The notes under the pieces: model-generated | What the model was told of the DNA's origin: nothing | The model's input: only the letters and a program-made list of their open reading frames with translations | The model's database searches: none | Part shown: positions 1 through 10,231 of the stretch, piece after piece | Position numbering within the stretch: the first letter of the stretch is position 1 | Layout of the letters: each line of letters begins with the position of its first letter | IMG/VR virus record: IMGVR_UViG_3300005758_000133 | Location: 1-27,421 of that record | Direction: 5' to 3' (one strand) | DNA length: 27,421 nt | Origin: a virus | Lineage: Duplodnaviria > Caudoviricetes | Translations under genes and position numbers: made by a program

Positions 1-521
1 AATCTGTTGAGTTTATTGATAGTTTAGAATACAATAATACCTTAAGATATTTTTCAAGAGATACTCACACTATATATCCTCCAAGTTTAGATATTAAATG
101 GAGAGATTATACTTGGAATACAGGCTCATCTACTCAAACTATTTTAAACATATTACCTGTATTTGTAGATATAAATGAAAACCCAGGTATATTTTATCCT
201 GAAAGTATAAATAGATTTAGAATAAATGCTAGACCTGAATATCCTGACAGAATATATCAAACTGCGTCATTATATACAACAAATTATTATTTACCAACAG
301 CTTCATATTATGCTATAAAGGACTTGGATACTAATGAATTTGTTATTAATTTTGATGAACAATTCACTCAATTAAGTGCTGATGATCAAAGTAGTTATTT
401 TGATTTATATATGAATGGTTTACAACCTGAAAGATATTATACTATCTTAATTAAAACTACTATTAATAATAGTACTTTAATTTTTAATAATAATTATAGT
501 TTTAAAGTAATAAATGGCTAA
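1..521 (+). CDS. 5'-truncated phage structural protein (baseplate/tail region)
   Basis: Frame is open from position 3 (SVEFIDSLEYNNTLRYFSRDTHTIYPPSLDIKW...) to the stop at 521. The track's 324 start is an internal TTG. Beta-rich composition, and it overlaps the next gene. Confidence 0.7.
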   Translation, partial: SVEFIDSLEYNNTLRYFSRDTHTIYPPSLDIKWRDYTWNTGSSTQTILNILPVFVDINENPGIFYPESINRFRINARPEYPDRIYQTASLYTTNYYLPTASYYAIKDLDTNEFVINFDEQFTQLSADDQSSYFDLYMNGLQPERYYTILIKTTINNSTLIFNNNYSFKVING

Positions 522-858
522 CTATCAATTAAATAAAACATTATATCCTAGAGGAATATATGAAAATGTAATTGACACTTCATTTACTCAAAATATTCCT
601 TCTTTACCACTTGAAGATACAATCACTGTAGAACAATTTTTTACTTTATATAATAAATTATTTTATGATATACCTGTAGAAGGAGATATTGATTCTCACA
701 CATATATAGTGAAACGTAGTGGAGAATATATAAATTTTGATAATACAAATGAAGATATTCAAATATTATTAGACGAAATTACTTCTTTACAACAAGAAAA
801 CTTAACATTAAATCAACGTATCCTAGAATTCGAAATATCAGGATCAACATCTATATAA
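514..858 (+). CDS. hypothetical virion-associated protein with C-terminal coiled coil
   Basis: 114 aa, tightly coupled to both neighbours; heptad-like IQILLDEITSLQQENLTLNQRILE. Confidence 0.65.
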   Translation: MANYQLNKTLYPRGIYENVIDTSFTQNIPSLPLEDTITVEQFFTLYNKLFYDIPVEGDIDSHTYIVKRSGEYINFDNTNEDIQILLDEITSLQQENLTLNQRILEFEISGSTSI

Positions 859-859
859 A

Positions 860-3800
860 ATGGCCACAATAGTTACACAAATAGTAGCCCCAACTACATA
901 TGACATTACAGATGAACTTCTGCTTAACCCATCTATATCTCAGTCTATTTTTAACCCATCTATAGATTATATCGAATATAGTATTGCAACTCCTAATAAT
1001 TCATTTTCTACTACATTATATAACTATAATAGATACTCATTTCCAACAGATAATGTAACATCCAACGGAATATCAGATATTCAAATAAACCCAGAAAGTG
1101 ATTTAACAAATCAAGGTTTTAATAGTGGAGAATACATTACAACTTATAATTTTTTAAGAAACCATTTAAGTTCTTCTTTTGATAATAGAAGATTCTTTAT
1201 TAAAGAAATATCAACTAATAGAACTGAAATAATTTTAAATATTAACGATCCTAGTAATACTTTAATTCAAGAAATAGAAGATTTTAAAAATTATTTAAAC
1301 TTAGATCCTAATTATTTTCAAGATTTCTTTTTAAATTTTGGTGAAAACAATTTAAGTGTAGCTAATAATATATATATTGATAACAATACTTTTGATATAT
1401 ATATTAACTTATACTCTCCACTTACTTCAAACATTCAAATTAAAGATACATTATGGATTGTTACTCAAGTATCTAATGAGTTATCATTTAATGTTATTTT
1501 CACCCCAGAACCAATCCAACCGATTATTATTACATACCCTCTTAAAGGTCCTAATCTTAATCTAAATGTAATAGATCAAACTAATAATTCTACAGAATTT
1601 CAAACATATTCTTCTTTAATTACTAGTTCATTATTATCAACATCTTACTCCCAATTAAATAATTTAATATCATCATCTGGTATTCAAATAGGAGTTGATT
1701 ATACAGATTTTTCTAATTTCATCCATTTTTCATCTGCTGTAACTAGAATTAATAATTTTGTTTATAAAATAGGTTTAATTGAACAATACAGTGCTTCTAT
1801 AGCTACTATAAATACTTCTTTTATAGGATATGATACTACTAATAGTATAACTATCTACACTAATCAAATTAATGATATAATCGAGAATTTTGATGGTTAT
1901 GAGTATTATTTATATTTTGGAAGTGGTTCATGGTCCTATCCTAAATCTAATTCAACAATACCATATACTTTATACTCAACCGCTTCAAATGAAGTCCAAG
2001 ACTGGCTTGGGAGTACTGAAACATTAACTGGAATATTAGGTAGTGCTTCAATATACAACCAATCCAATCCAGATTATTTATATAATACTGTTCCTAGTTT
2101 TATTCAAGAAGACCCACAAAATGATCCTTATAAATTATTTGTGGAGATGGTAGCTCAATCCTATGATAATATTTGGATTTATTATAAAGATGTAACTAAT
2201 AGATATAACGCTGATAATAGATTAGATTTTGGTATCTCTAAAGACTTAGTAGCTAATGCTCTAAAATCATTCGGAGTCAAACTATACCAGAATAACTTCT
2301 CAACCAATGATCTATACTCAGCATTCTTAGGATATGGAGCTATAAATCCTGAAACAACAAGCTCATTACCTGTAACAGCATATTCAGGTCAAGAATATAT
2401 AAATAATTACATTACAGCATCTTATGATGCCTCAGTAATGCCTCTAGATGATGTAAATAAAGAAGTATACAAACGTTTATATCATAATTTACCTTATTTA
2501 GCTAAAACTAAAGGTACTATACCTGGTTTAAGAGCATTAATAAATTGTTTTGGCATTCCTGACACTATTTTAAGAATTAGTGAATTTGGAGGTAGAGATA
2601 AAGATACTTCTACTTATGATTATTTTGATCAACAATATAATTATGCTTATGTTGCTCAAGCTGGAGAAGTAAAAGTGCCTTGGATATTAGATACAAAATG
2701 GAATGCTAGGAATAATAACCCAGGATCACTACAACTAAGATTTAAACTAGATCCAATCTCTTCATCAGCTATACCTTATTCTCAAAGTATATTCAGAACA
2801 GTTGATAATAATCCTATAACTAGTTCATTAGTATTAAAATATACAGGAAGCTGGGTTGCAACTAGCTCATATGGGGGTTCCACTTACTCATCATCTTACC
2901 AATACGCGGATCTAATATTCTACCCAAATATAGCCGACGATACTACTTATGCCTCAGTATCATTACCTTTCCTAAATAATGATTGGTGGTCTGTTATGAT
3001 TAATAGAACTTCATCTAATGGATTTGAATTATATGCCGGGAATAAATTATACTATGATGGTTATGATGGTAACCAAATAGGATTTTTAAAATCATCATCT
3101 ATATCATCTACCAACCATGGTTGGTCAGGATCAGGATATCTATATTTCAGTTACCCAGTAGATATAAAAGGAGCTCAATATAATAGGTTAACTGGTTCTT
3201 TACAAGAAATAAGATATTGGGTCCCAACAAGTAGTGTAGAATCATTTAAGGATTTTATTATGAATCCTAGTTCTATAGATGCTAGTGGAGAAGAAAATAA
3301 CTACGCTGATTATTTAGCATTTAGATTACCTTTAGGAAATGAATTATATCTAGAGGCATCTTCATCTCATCCAAAAGTTACAGGATCATGGGCTACTACA
3401 TCTTCTTTCCAATCTAATAATTTTGGACCAAATAATGCTTCATTCCAAATCGCTTTCTCATCTAATATAGAATCATTCTTCTATGATCAACCTATAGCGG
3501 GTATTAAAAACAGAGTAACAGATAAAATACAAATTGTATCTTCAAGTTATCCTACAGGAAGTGTATTATCACAATATCGTTCTTTAGAACAAACATACCC
3601 AACTTTAGGTAGTGAAACTCCTGATATTAATCTATTAGAAGTAGCATTTTCACCTCAAAATGAAATTAATAATGATATTATTAGCTCATTAGGATATTTT
3701 AATATTGGAGAATATATCGGTGATCCAAGACAAGTATCCTCATCTGCTACTACTTACCCTGATTTAGTTAATTTAAGTAATAATTTCTTTCAAAAGTATT

Positions 3801-5491
3801 TTGCATCATATGATTTATTTGATTATATAAGATTAATTAAATATTTTGATAACTCATTATTTAAAATGCTTCAAGATTTTGTTCCTGCAAGAACAAGCTT
3901 AGCATCTGGTATAGTTATCAAACAACATTTATTAGAAAGAAATAAATATCCTCAACCACAAGTTGAATGGGAATTTGAAGACTACAGCGGATCAGTTTAC
4001 TCACAACAAATATGGGATGAAAGAATTACAGGCTCATATATCGAAACCTCAATTATAGAAAAAACACTTGGTAGTACTGGTGGAACGTTTGACTCTTATA
4101 ATTTTACAGGCTCAATTATTTCTCCTACATTTATCAATAATACTCAATCATGGGGTGAAGAAGTTAAAACACCTGCTGGTTTGCTAACTATTAGTCATTC
4201 AACTCAAGATGAATTTTACAATGGTGAATTACCTAATTCTATAATTATAACAACAGATGGAGAACTAAATGAAGCTAATACAATTAAATACCCATCAGAC
4301 TATGAAATAATATATAACCCAGTTTTATATATTAGTGATATTACTACAGAAGCTACTTTTAATAATCCACTAACAGCTCCAAAACAAGGAGAAGTATTTT
4401 TATGGTGGGATAGTGGTAGTTTAATTAACCCCGGAAATACAAAAACTGTTATCCCATCAAGACAATTAGTAACATCCCTAGGAAAATCAGCAGCTGATTT
4501 TTTTGTTAATAAAACTAATGGAGTTAAATATATTAAATTAAATAGAATTGACTCTGGTGGATTAGATCAATCTCCATATTTGCAACAACTTCAAACTATA
4601 ACATTAACATATCCCGATAGAACACCTATTACTTATAATATAGCTGGAGTCCAAAACTCAGGTGATTATTTTACTTACAGTATAGGCCCATATACTCCTG
4701 GAAGTATGAGTAATTTTAATACTTCATCAGTTGGGGATATATTAGATTATGATTTTTCAATGTCATTTGACATGAATGGAAAAGCTATATCTGATACTTA
4801 TGGAGTATTTTTTGATTTTGGCTTACCTAGTGGATCTATTTCTCCTACAGGGAGTGGAATTGATGCCATCACTGGGCCCCCAGGATATTATGTTTTAACT
4901 CGTCCAACACGCACTACTAATATTAAAACTACAGCTACTGCCTCATTCTTTATAGGTAAAAATACAGCTGACGCTCGAAGAGTTTCTTTTTACGCTACTA
5001 ATGGAGGAATATTAACTAGTAGTCGATATGTTGAAACTCAAGAATTAATTACTGGAGGGTCAGGCTCATACTCAGTAAATTTATATTTAGATTTAAGTGA
5101 TGTTTTCATTTCTTCATCAAATTTCTTTTTTGGAGTAATAGTAAATGATAATACTAATACCACCTTTTCAACTGATCCTATAGTATATATTAATCAAACC
5201 CCATTAGAATTCAATGGTTCCTCATCATTAACATTATTTGATCCATATGTAGGAAATTTTGATTATAATGATTATAATGTATTATTAAATAACGCCGAAA
5301 TACCTCAAACCTCCGTTTTCTTTATGGATGTAGATTATTCACAAAATCCCGTGATTCCTGTAAACCAGTCCCTTATATTAAATGGAGACGCTGATAGAGC
5401 TCAAGTACAAGATTCTAACTATACTTCTAAAGCATGGAGTAATATTAGATATAATGGTAGTAAAACAAATTCATTTAGAATAATAAGTTAA
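860..5491 (+). CDS. large baseplate wedge-like/tail structural protein with a LamG/concanavalin-like region
   Basis: 1543 aa. YKRLYHNLPYLAKTKGTIPGLRALINCFG resembles the KGT motif of P2 gpI/T4 gp7-type wedge proteins; WWSVMINR...LTGSLQEIRYW resembles LamG. Confidence 0.6.
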   Translation: MATIVTQIVAPTTYDITDELLLNPSISQSIFNPSIDYIEYSIATPNNSFSTTLYNYNRYSFPTDNVTSNGISDIQINPESDLTNQGFNSGEYITTYNFLRNHLSSSFDNRRFFIKEISTNRTEIILNINDPSNTLIQEIEDFKNYLNLDPNYFQDFFLNFGENNLSVANNIYIDNNTFDIYINLYSPLTSNIQIKDTLWIVTQVSNELSFNVIFTPEPIQPIIITYPLKGPNLNLNVIDQTNNSTEFQTYSSLITSSLLSTSYSQLNNLISSSGIQIGVDYTDFSNFIHFSSAVTRINNFVYKIGLIEQYSASIATINTSFIGYDTTNSITIYTNQINDIIENFDGYEYYLYFGSGSWSYPKSNSTIPYTLYSTASNEVQDWLGSTETLTGILGSASIYNQSNPDYLYNTVPSFIQEDPQNDPYKLFVEMVAQSYDNIWIYYKDVTNRYNADNRLDFGISKDLVANALKSFGVKLYQNNFSTNDLYSAFLGYGAINPETTSSLPVTAYSGQEYINNYITASYDASVMPLDDVNKEVYKRLYHNLPYLAKTKGTIPGLRALINCFGIPDTILRISEFGGRDKDTSTYDYFDQQYNYAYVAQAGEVKVPWILDTKWNARNNNPGSLQLRFKLDPISSSAIPYSQSIFRTVDNNPITSSLVLKYTGSWVATSSYGGSTYSSSYQYADLIFYPNIADDTTYASVSLPFLNNDWWSVMINRTSSNGFELYAGNKLYYDGYDGNQIGFLKSSSISSTNHGWSGSGYLYFSYPVDIKGAQYNRLTGSLQEIRYWVPTSSVESFKDFIMNPSSIDASGEENNYADYLAFRLPLGNELYLEASSSHPKVTGSWATTSSFQSNNFGPNNASFQIAFSSNIESFFYDQPIAGIKNRVTDKIQIVSSSYPTGSVLSQYRSLEQTYPTLGSETPDINLLEVAFSPQNEINNDIISSLGYFNIGEYIGDPRQVSSSATTYPDLVNLSNNFFQKYFASYDLFDYIRLIKYFDNSLFKMLQDFVPARTSLASGIVIKQHLLERNKYPQPQVEWEFEDYSGSVYSQQIWDERITGSYIETSIIEKTLGSTGGTFDSYNFTGSIISPTFINNTQSWGEEVKTPAGLLTISHSTQDEFYNGELPNSIIITTDGELNEANTIKYPSDYEIIYNPVLYISDITTEATFNNPLTAPKQGEVFLWWDSGSLINPGNTKTVIPSRQLVTSLGKSAADFFVNKTNGVKYIKLNRIDSGGLDQSPYLQQLQTITLTYPDRTPITYNIAGVQNSGDYFTYSIGPYTPGSMSNFNTSSVGDILDYDFSMSFDMNGKAISDTYGVFFDFGLPSGSISPTGSGIDAITGPPGYYVLTRPTRTTNIKTTATASFFIGKNTADARRVSFYATNGGILTSSRYVETQELITGGSGSYSVNLYLDLSDVFISSSNFFFGVIVNDNTNTTFSTDPIVYINQTPLEFNGSSSLTLFDPYVGNFDYNDYNVLLNNAEIPQTSVFFMDVDYSQNPVIPVNQSLILNGDADRAQVQDSNYTSKAWSNIRYNGSKTNSFRIIS

Positions 5492-5496
5492 TAAAT

Positions 5497-7035
5497 ATGT
5501 CTGAAGTAGTACAAAATATAAATGATCCTAATTTATTTTTAAATGCCAACGCTGTTGGAGATTTTAATGATAAAACCTCTGATGCTAGTGGTTATGGAGA
5601 ATTACCTGGAGTAGAACAAAATCAAACATATTTTGCATATGTTAATGGGGTTGGAAATACAGGCCCTGAATTAATAAATCATACTGGATATTTTATTAAA
5701 TACCTAATTGATTTAAATGGTAATATATCAAAACCCTCCCCAGGAAGTACATCTTTAATAAATTTAAAAAGCAATTTTGAATTAGGAAAAACAGTAGTTG
5801 TTGAGAGTAAAGGAGCCACCTCATTAGGATCATCATTGCTTGGGGAGCATACGATAACTGAGATAGGTACTATTGTACCATTAGTAATCACTGAAATTGG
5901 AAAATTACGAACAGATTTTACTTCGTCAATAAATTTTTTCCAATACGGAGCCCCAGTACTGATTGGAGACGTTCCAGATTATACATTCCAAAGTAAAATA
6001 GGTACAGCTACCACCTTAACCTTCACATCATATACCCCAGTTCCATTTACAATTACATCATCAGATCCCGGAAATAGATTTGATCTCACTTTAAATGAAT
6101 ATACATTTGATAGTAACACCACAGACTATGGTACTGAGGTTCAATTTGAATTCAACGCATGGATATCAGGTATAAATGGGACTAACGGTTATAATGATAA
6201 TTATATTTATTTTAAAATCCAAAAATATAGTGGTAGTGTATGGACTGACCTGCCTATCCAACTTTCCTCCTACCCAACATCATTAGATTCACCCCTAATG
6301 GTTGGTAAACCTGGGATTATTATTAATAATGAGTATAAAAGACAATTCTCATATCATGATGTATATGGTAACCCATACACTGTCTTCACATGTCATAAAA
6401 TATCTACATTCCTAGATAATTTTTATAATGGTGATAAAATAAGAGTAGTATATAAAATTGAAGATTCCTCTCCATATGCTACTGAAGCTAGAACTCCTAT
6501 AGGTCAATCATCAACAACCTTTAAATCTACATCTACATATTCTGAAGAATCTGAAGTTATCCCTCCATATTGGGATGGAGCTACATACCCTACTGATAAT
6601 ACTCCTCAATATATAACTGCTTCTTTAAGCTTATCATCTAAATTATCAAATGGCTACCAACAAGTTACTCCTTCCGCATCATTAGAAATGAATTTTAGCC
6701 CAATAATATACCCAGCTAATATCCAACCTGGGGATAATATTAGATTTGAATATGACCCACTAAAACAAACCAAAATATATAATATATCCATAATAGATGA
6801 TTCATCAGGAAGATTAGCTATTGAAGTTTATCCCCCAATCCCAACAGGCTCAATATTAGATCATTTTGTGATATGGAGAGCACTAGATGATGGTAATTAT
6901 ATCACATTAAATGTTGAAAAACCCCCTGGGGTACAAATACAAGGATGGTTAAAACCTAAATATATGTCTAAAGAATTAAATGATAATTTTACAAATATTA
7001 TCAACAAACTCGAATCAGATGGTTTATTAACTTAA
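5497..7035 (+). CDS. putative tail/baseplate structural protein
   Basis: 512 aa, S/T/G/Y-rich beta-type composition, inside the structural operon. Confidence 0.55.
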   Translation: MSEVVQNINDPNLFLNANAVGDFNDKTSDASGYGELPGVEQNQTYFAYVNGVGNTGPELINHTGYFIKYLIDLNGNISKPSPGSTSLINLKSNFELGKTVVVESKGATSLGSSLLGEHTITEIGTIVPLVITEIGKLRTDFTSSINFFQYGAPVLIGDVPDYTFQSKIGTATTLTFTSYTPVPFTITSSDPGNRFDLTLNEYTFDSNTTDYGTEVQFEFNAWISGINGTNGYNDNYIYFKIQKYSGSVWTDLPIQLSSYPTSLDSPLMVGKPGIIINNEYKRQFSYHDVYGNPYTVFTCHKISTFLDNFYNGDKIRVVYKIEDSSPYATEARTPIGQSSTTFKSTSTYSEESEVIPPYWDGATYPTDNTPQYITASLSLSSKLSNGYQQVTPSASLEMNFSPIIYPANIQPGDNIRFEYDPLKQTKIYNISIIDDSSGRLAIEVYPPIPTGSILDHFVIWRALDDGNYITLNVEKPPGVQIQGWLKPKYMSKELNDNFTNIINKLESDGLLT

Positions 7036-7053
7036 TAAAAACATAATTTTAAT

Positions 7054-7062
7054 ATATTTATA
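7054..7062 (+). promoter_or_regulatory. ATATTTATA putative late promoter
   Basis: Intergenic, 19 nt before ATG 7082; the same motif precedes many other genes. Confidence 0.55.
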
Positions 7063-7081
7063 AAAAGACAATAACAAAAAT

Positions 7082-7738
7082 ATGGGATATTTAAATAACC
7101 AAATAGTAACAGTAGATGCTATTTTAACCAAAAAAGGAAGAGAATTACTAGCACGTAATGATGGCTCTTTTAGAATTACACAATTTGCTTTATCAGATGA
7201 TGAAATTGATTATACACTCTATAATCCAAATAATGCATCTGGGTCATCTTACTATGGTCAAGCAATTGAAAATATGCCTTTATTAGAAGCATTTGCTGAT
7301 GAAACTCAAATAATGAAGTATAAACTCACCACATTACCACGTGGAACAGCTAAATTACCTATTATCAATATTGGTTATACTACCATCACATTAAAACAAG
7401 GAGCTTCATTATCAATCACTCCTCAAACATTAAATTATTTAGGTGGAACTAATACATTCGAAGCATCAGGATATAATTTCACTATTGGTGATGTTAGAAC
7501 AATGAGTGTATTTAATGGTGTTGGTGTAAATACAGATCAAGCTACATCTTTAAATTCAACAACAACTCTTGGAACTAATGTATCTAAAACAGTAATTGGT
7601 ACTACATTAAACATGACGGGTACTACAATTAATACTTTATTTGGAACAGCTACTCAATTGCAGACAATATTGATTGTAGAGGGTAGAGATAGTGGAGCTA
7701 GAGTAACAATTCCTCTTAATATAACAAAAGTCAGCTAA
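7082..7738 (+). CDS. tail/baseplate structural protein (N-terminus like tail-collar fibre domain)
   Basis: AILTKKGRELLA...FRITQFALSDDEIDY resembles the start of P2 gpH-type tail-collar fibre domains. Confidence 0.55.
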   Translation: MGYLNNQIVTVDAILTKKGRELLARNDGSFRITQFALSDDEIDYTLYNPNNASGSSYYGQAIENMPLLEAFADETQIMKYKLTTLPRGTAKLPIINIGYTTITLKQGASLSITPQTLNYLGGTNTFEASGYNFTIGDVRTMSVFNGVGVNTDQATSLNSTTTLGTNVSKTVIGTTLNMTGTTINTLFGTATQLQTILIVEGRDSGARVTIPLNITKVS

Positions 7739-7757
7739 TAAAAATATTTAATATAAT

Positions 7758-8798
7758 ATGTCATTTAAATCATTAGACGCCCAAGATTTCTTAGTAAGTG
7801 CAGATTCAATAACTGCCCCATGTTGGTCAAACTATACCCCTGAATTAACATTCATGTACACTTCCTCAACACAAGTGAACGGAACATCAGGAGCATATTT
7901 TTTAAATATTTACAATCTAGACCCATCTGACCCTACAGCTGAAGTTCAATTTAACATAGCTTATGGTAACAAATTTGGATTAGGATCTCAACCATACAAT
8001 GCTGCATACGCAGACTTATCTCCTACTAGAACCGTTTATGGGCAGTGGAGAAATTTAATTTATGGAGATGAAAGTACTGATTTCACATTTGGTAGTGTTA
8101 CTCCGTCTCAACAGCATTTTTACGCTATCACAATAGATAGAGCTAGATATAAACAATCACTATTCCCAGGATCTCTAAATTTAACTTTATATAGTGGATC
8201 ACAAACCCTAGAATTAACTGATAATAGTGCTGTCACAACTACTATCTCATACTGTGACGCTGGACGTATATTCCAAATTGTATCAGGAAGTAACGGAACG
8301 CCAATCACAGCCAATAATGGAAACACTGCCAATTCAGGATCATATGGCTTATTTTTACCAGATATCGGTACTATTATATTAAACGCCGCAGCTTTAGATT
8401 TATCATATACTGATGGTGGTATAGCTTTAGGGACAGGTTTAACAACCACATCATACAACCCAGCAAAATTATATTCAACAGGAAGTGGGCGAATAGGATT
8501 AACAACAGGATCATACACTAGTTCGTTCTTCTTAAATTCTCAAGAAACAATCACTTCAGATTTTGTATTTTGTAGAGCTAGAAATGCTGAATTCAATTAT
8601 AGTGAAAATCCAAGCTTTATCTCAGGTAGTACAGGAGCTGTACTATACGATTTATTTGTAAATAACCCACAAACATATATCACAACAGTAGGTTTATATA
8701 ATGATTCAAATGAATTATTAGCAGTAGCTAAATTATCTAAACCACTTAAGAAAGATTTCACTAAAGAAGCACTAGTACGTGTTAAATTAGACTTTTAA
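7758..8798 (+). CDS. tail/baseplate structural protein, paralog A
   Basis: C-terminal ITTVGLYNDSNELLAVAKLSKPL, shared with the next gene. Confidence 0.6.
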   Translation: MSFKSLDAQDFLVSADSITAPCWSNYTPELTFMYTSSTQVNGTSGAYFLNIYNLDPSDPTAEVQFNIAYGNKFGLGSQPYNAAYADLSPTRTVYGQWRNLIYGDESTDFTFGSVTPSQQHFYAITIDRARYKQSLFPGSLNLTLYSGSQTLELTDNSAVTTTISYCDAGRIFQIVSGSNGTPITANNGNTANSGSYGLFLPDIGTIILNAAALDLSYTDGGIALGTGLTTTSYNPAKLYSTGSGRIGLTTGSYTSSFFLNSQETITSDFVFCRARNAEFNYSENPSFISGSTGAVLYDLFVNNPQTYITTVGLYNDSNELLAVAKLSKPLKKDFTKEALVRVKLDF

Positions 8799-8801
8799 TG
8801 A

Positions 8802-9755
8802 ATGGGAGCATTCAAACAATTTTTAAGTACAGATGTAACTGTAGTTCCGTTTGTTGTTAACAAAAGTTTTTCTTTTGTAGGGAGTGCATCTTTAGAAGCA
8901 GCCGGAATTAAAAAGTACTTTGGGCAAAACATCCCATATCAATCTACCAATGATATAGACTACCAATCAACTCAATCTATATCAGCTAACTTACTTTATA
9001 ATTCTATAAAACAATTATATTATACTAATTATATTCCAACACCATCCCAATCTCAGACCCCCGCTCAAGTATATGATTACAATGGTAATTTATTAGAAGA
9101 TTATACAGCAACTGCTACTAATACTAGATTTTATAATTACGAACAAACAACATTGTTCCAAACAGGATCAGATAATTATTCCTCTCAATATGGTTATAAT
9201 AGATATTTTCCAACACAACCTAACGGAAGTGTAAGTATATTATCTATACCCAAAGAATTATATGGAGATTACATAAACCTAGATACTTTTTATCTAAAAT
9301 ACTCCTCAATAAATGATGGAGGATATGTTGAAGTTACTGATAATATAAATGGAATATTAGAATTTATTAATAATAGTTCTCCATATTATGGTATTATCAC
9401 TTACCAACATGGTTTAATATCATTTAATCAAGCTTGGGATGACGAAAAATCAGAGTGGATACAAGGAACAGATATCACTTGTAGCTTTCAAAGTTCAAGA
9501 ACAATATATGAAACTCAATATAAATGTACTATCAGGCCTGATGAATTTAATTATTCATTAAACCCAAGTCTAATATCAGGTTCTACAGACGGTACTCCAT
9601 ATAATTTTGTAACTGGTTCACATTTTACCCCATATGTAACTACAGTAGGCTTATATAATGAGAAACAAGAATTATTAGCAGTAGCTAAACTTGCTCAACC
9701 GCTGCCTACAAGTAGAACAACAGACACAACAATAGTAATTAATATAGATAGATAA
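8802..9755 (+). CDS. tail/baseplate structural protein, paralog B
   Basis: C-terminal EFNYSLNPSLISGST...VTTVGLYNEKQELLAVAKLAQPL, paralogous to 7758-8798. Confidence 0.6.
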   Translation: MGAFKQFLSTDVTVVPFVVNKSFSFVGSASLEAAGIKKYFGQNIPYQSTNDIDYQSTQSISANLLYNSIKQLYYTNYIPTPSQSQTPAQVYDYNGNLLEDYTATATNTRFYNYEQTTLFQTGSDNYSSQYGYNRYFPTQPNGSVSILSIPKELYGDYINLDTFYLKYSSINDGGYVEVTDNINGILEFINNSSPYYGIITYQHGLISFNQAWDDEKSEWIQGTDITCSFQSSRTIYETQYKCTIRPDEFNYSLNPSLISGSTDGTPYNFVTGSHFTPYVTTVGLYNEKQELLAVAKLAQPLPTSRTTDTTIVINIDR

Positions 9756-9759
9756 GTTT

Positions 9760-10212
9760 ATGAGTAAATGGTTATATAAAGGTAAAGAAGTTGATAGTAT
9801 AGAAGATTTTGGTGAGCAAACTCCATTCGGATTTGTTTATATGATAGGCAATACAGTTACTGGTAAAATTTATATTGGTAAAAAATTCTTACAACATAAA
9901 AAAACTAAAAAGTTAGGTAAAAAGGCTATGGCTGAACAAACAGGTCCTGGCCGTAAAAAAACTAAAGAAGTCACCTACGCTGAATCAGATTGGAAAACAT
10001 ATTGGGGTAGTTGTAAACCACTCCATGAAGATGTAGTATTAATCGGTGAGGATAAATTCTATAAAGAAATCTTAGAACTAGCCTGGAACTCAAAACATTT
10101 ATCATATCTTGAAGCTAAATACCAGTTCACACTAGGATGTTTAGAAAAAGATAGTTACAACGATAATATACAAGGAAGATATTTTAAAAAAGACTTGGCT
10201 TTTGATTTATAA
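9760..10212 (+). CDS. GIY-YIG family endonuclease (T4 Seg/DenA-like)
   Basis: GFVYMIGNTVTGKIYIGKK is a GIY-YIG motif; also ESDWKTYWGS, a conserved Glu in LSYLEAKYQ, and YNDNI. Confidence 0.75.
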   Translation: MSKWLYKGKEVDSIEDFGEQTPFGFVYMIGNTVTGKIYIGKKFLQHKKTKKLGKKAMAEQTGPGRKKTKEVTYAESDWKTYWGSCKPLHEDVVLIGEDKFYKEILELAWNSKHLSYLEAKYQFTLGCLEKDSYNDNIQGRYFKKDLAFDL

Positions 10213-10224
10213 TTACTATATTTG
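10195..10224 (+). promoter_or_regulatory. Bacteroidota housekeeping-sigma-type promoter (-33 TTG / -7 TAnnTTTG)
   Basis: TTG at 10195-10197, 19-nt spacer, TATATTTG at 10217-10224, directly upstream of the primase ATG. Confidence 0.6.
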
Positions 10225-10231
10225 AAACAAT

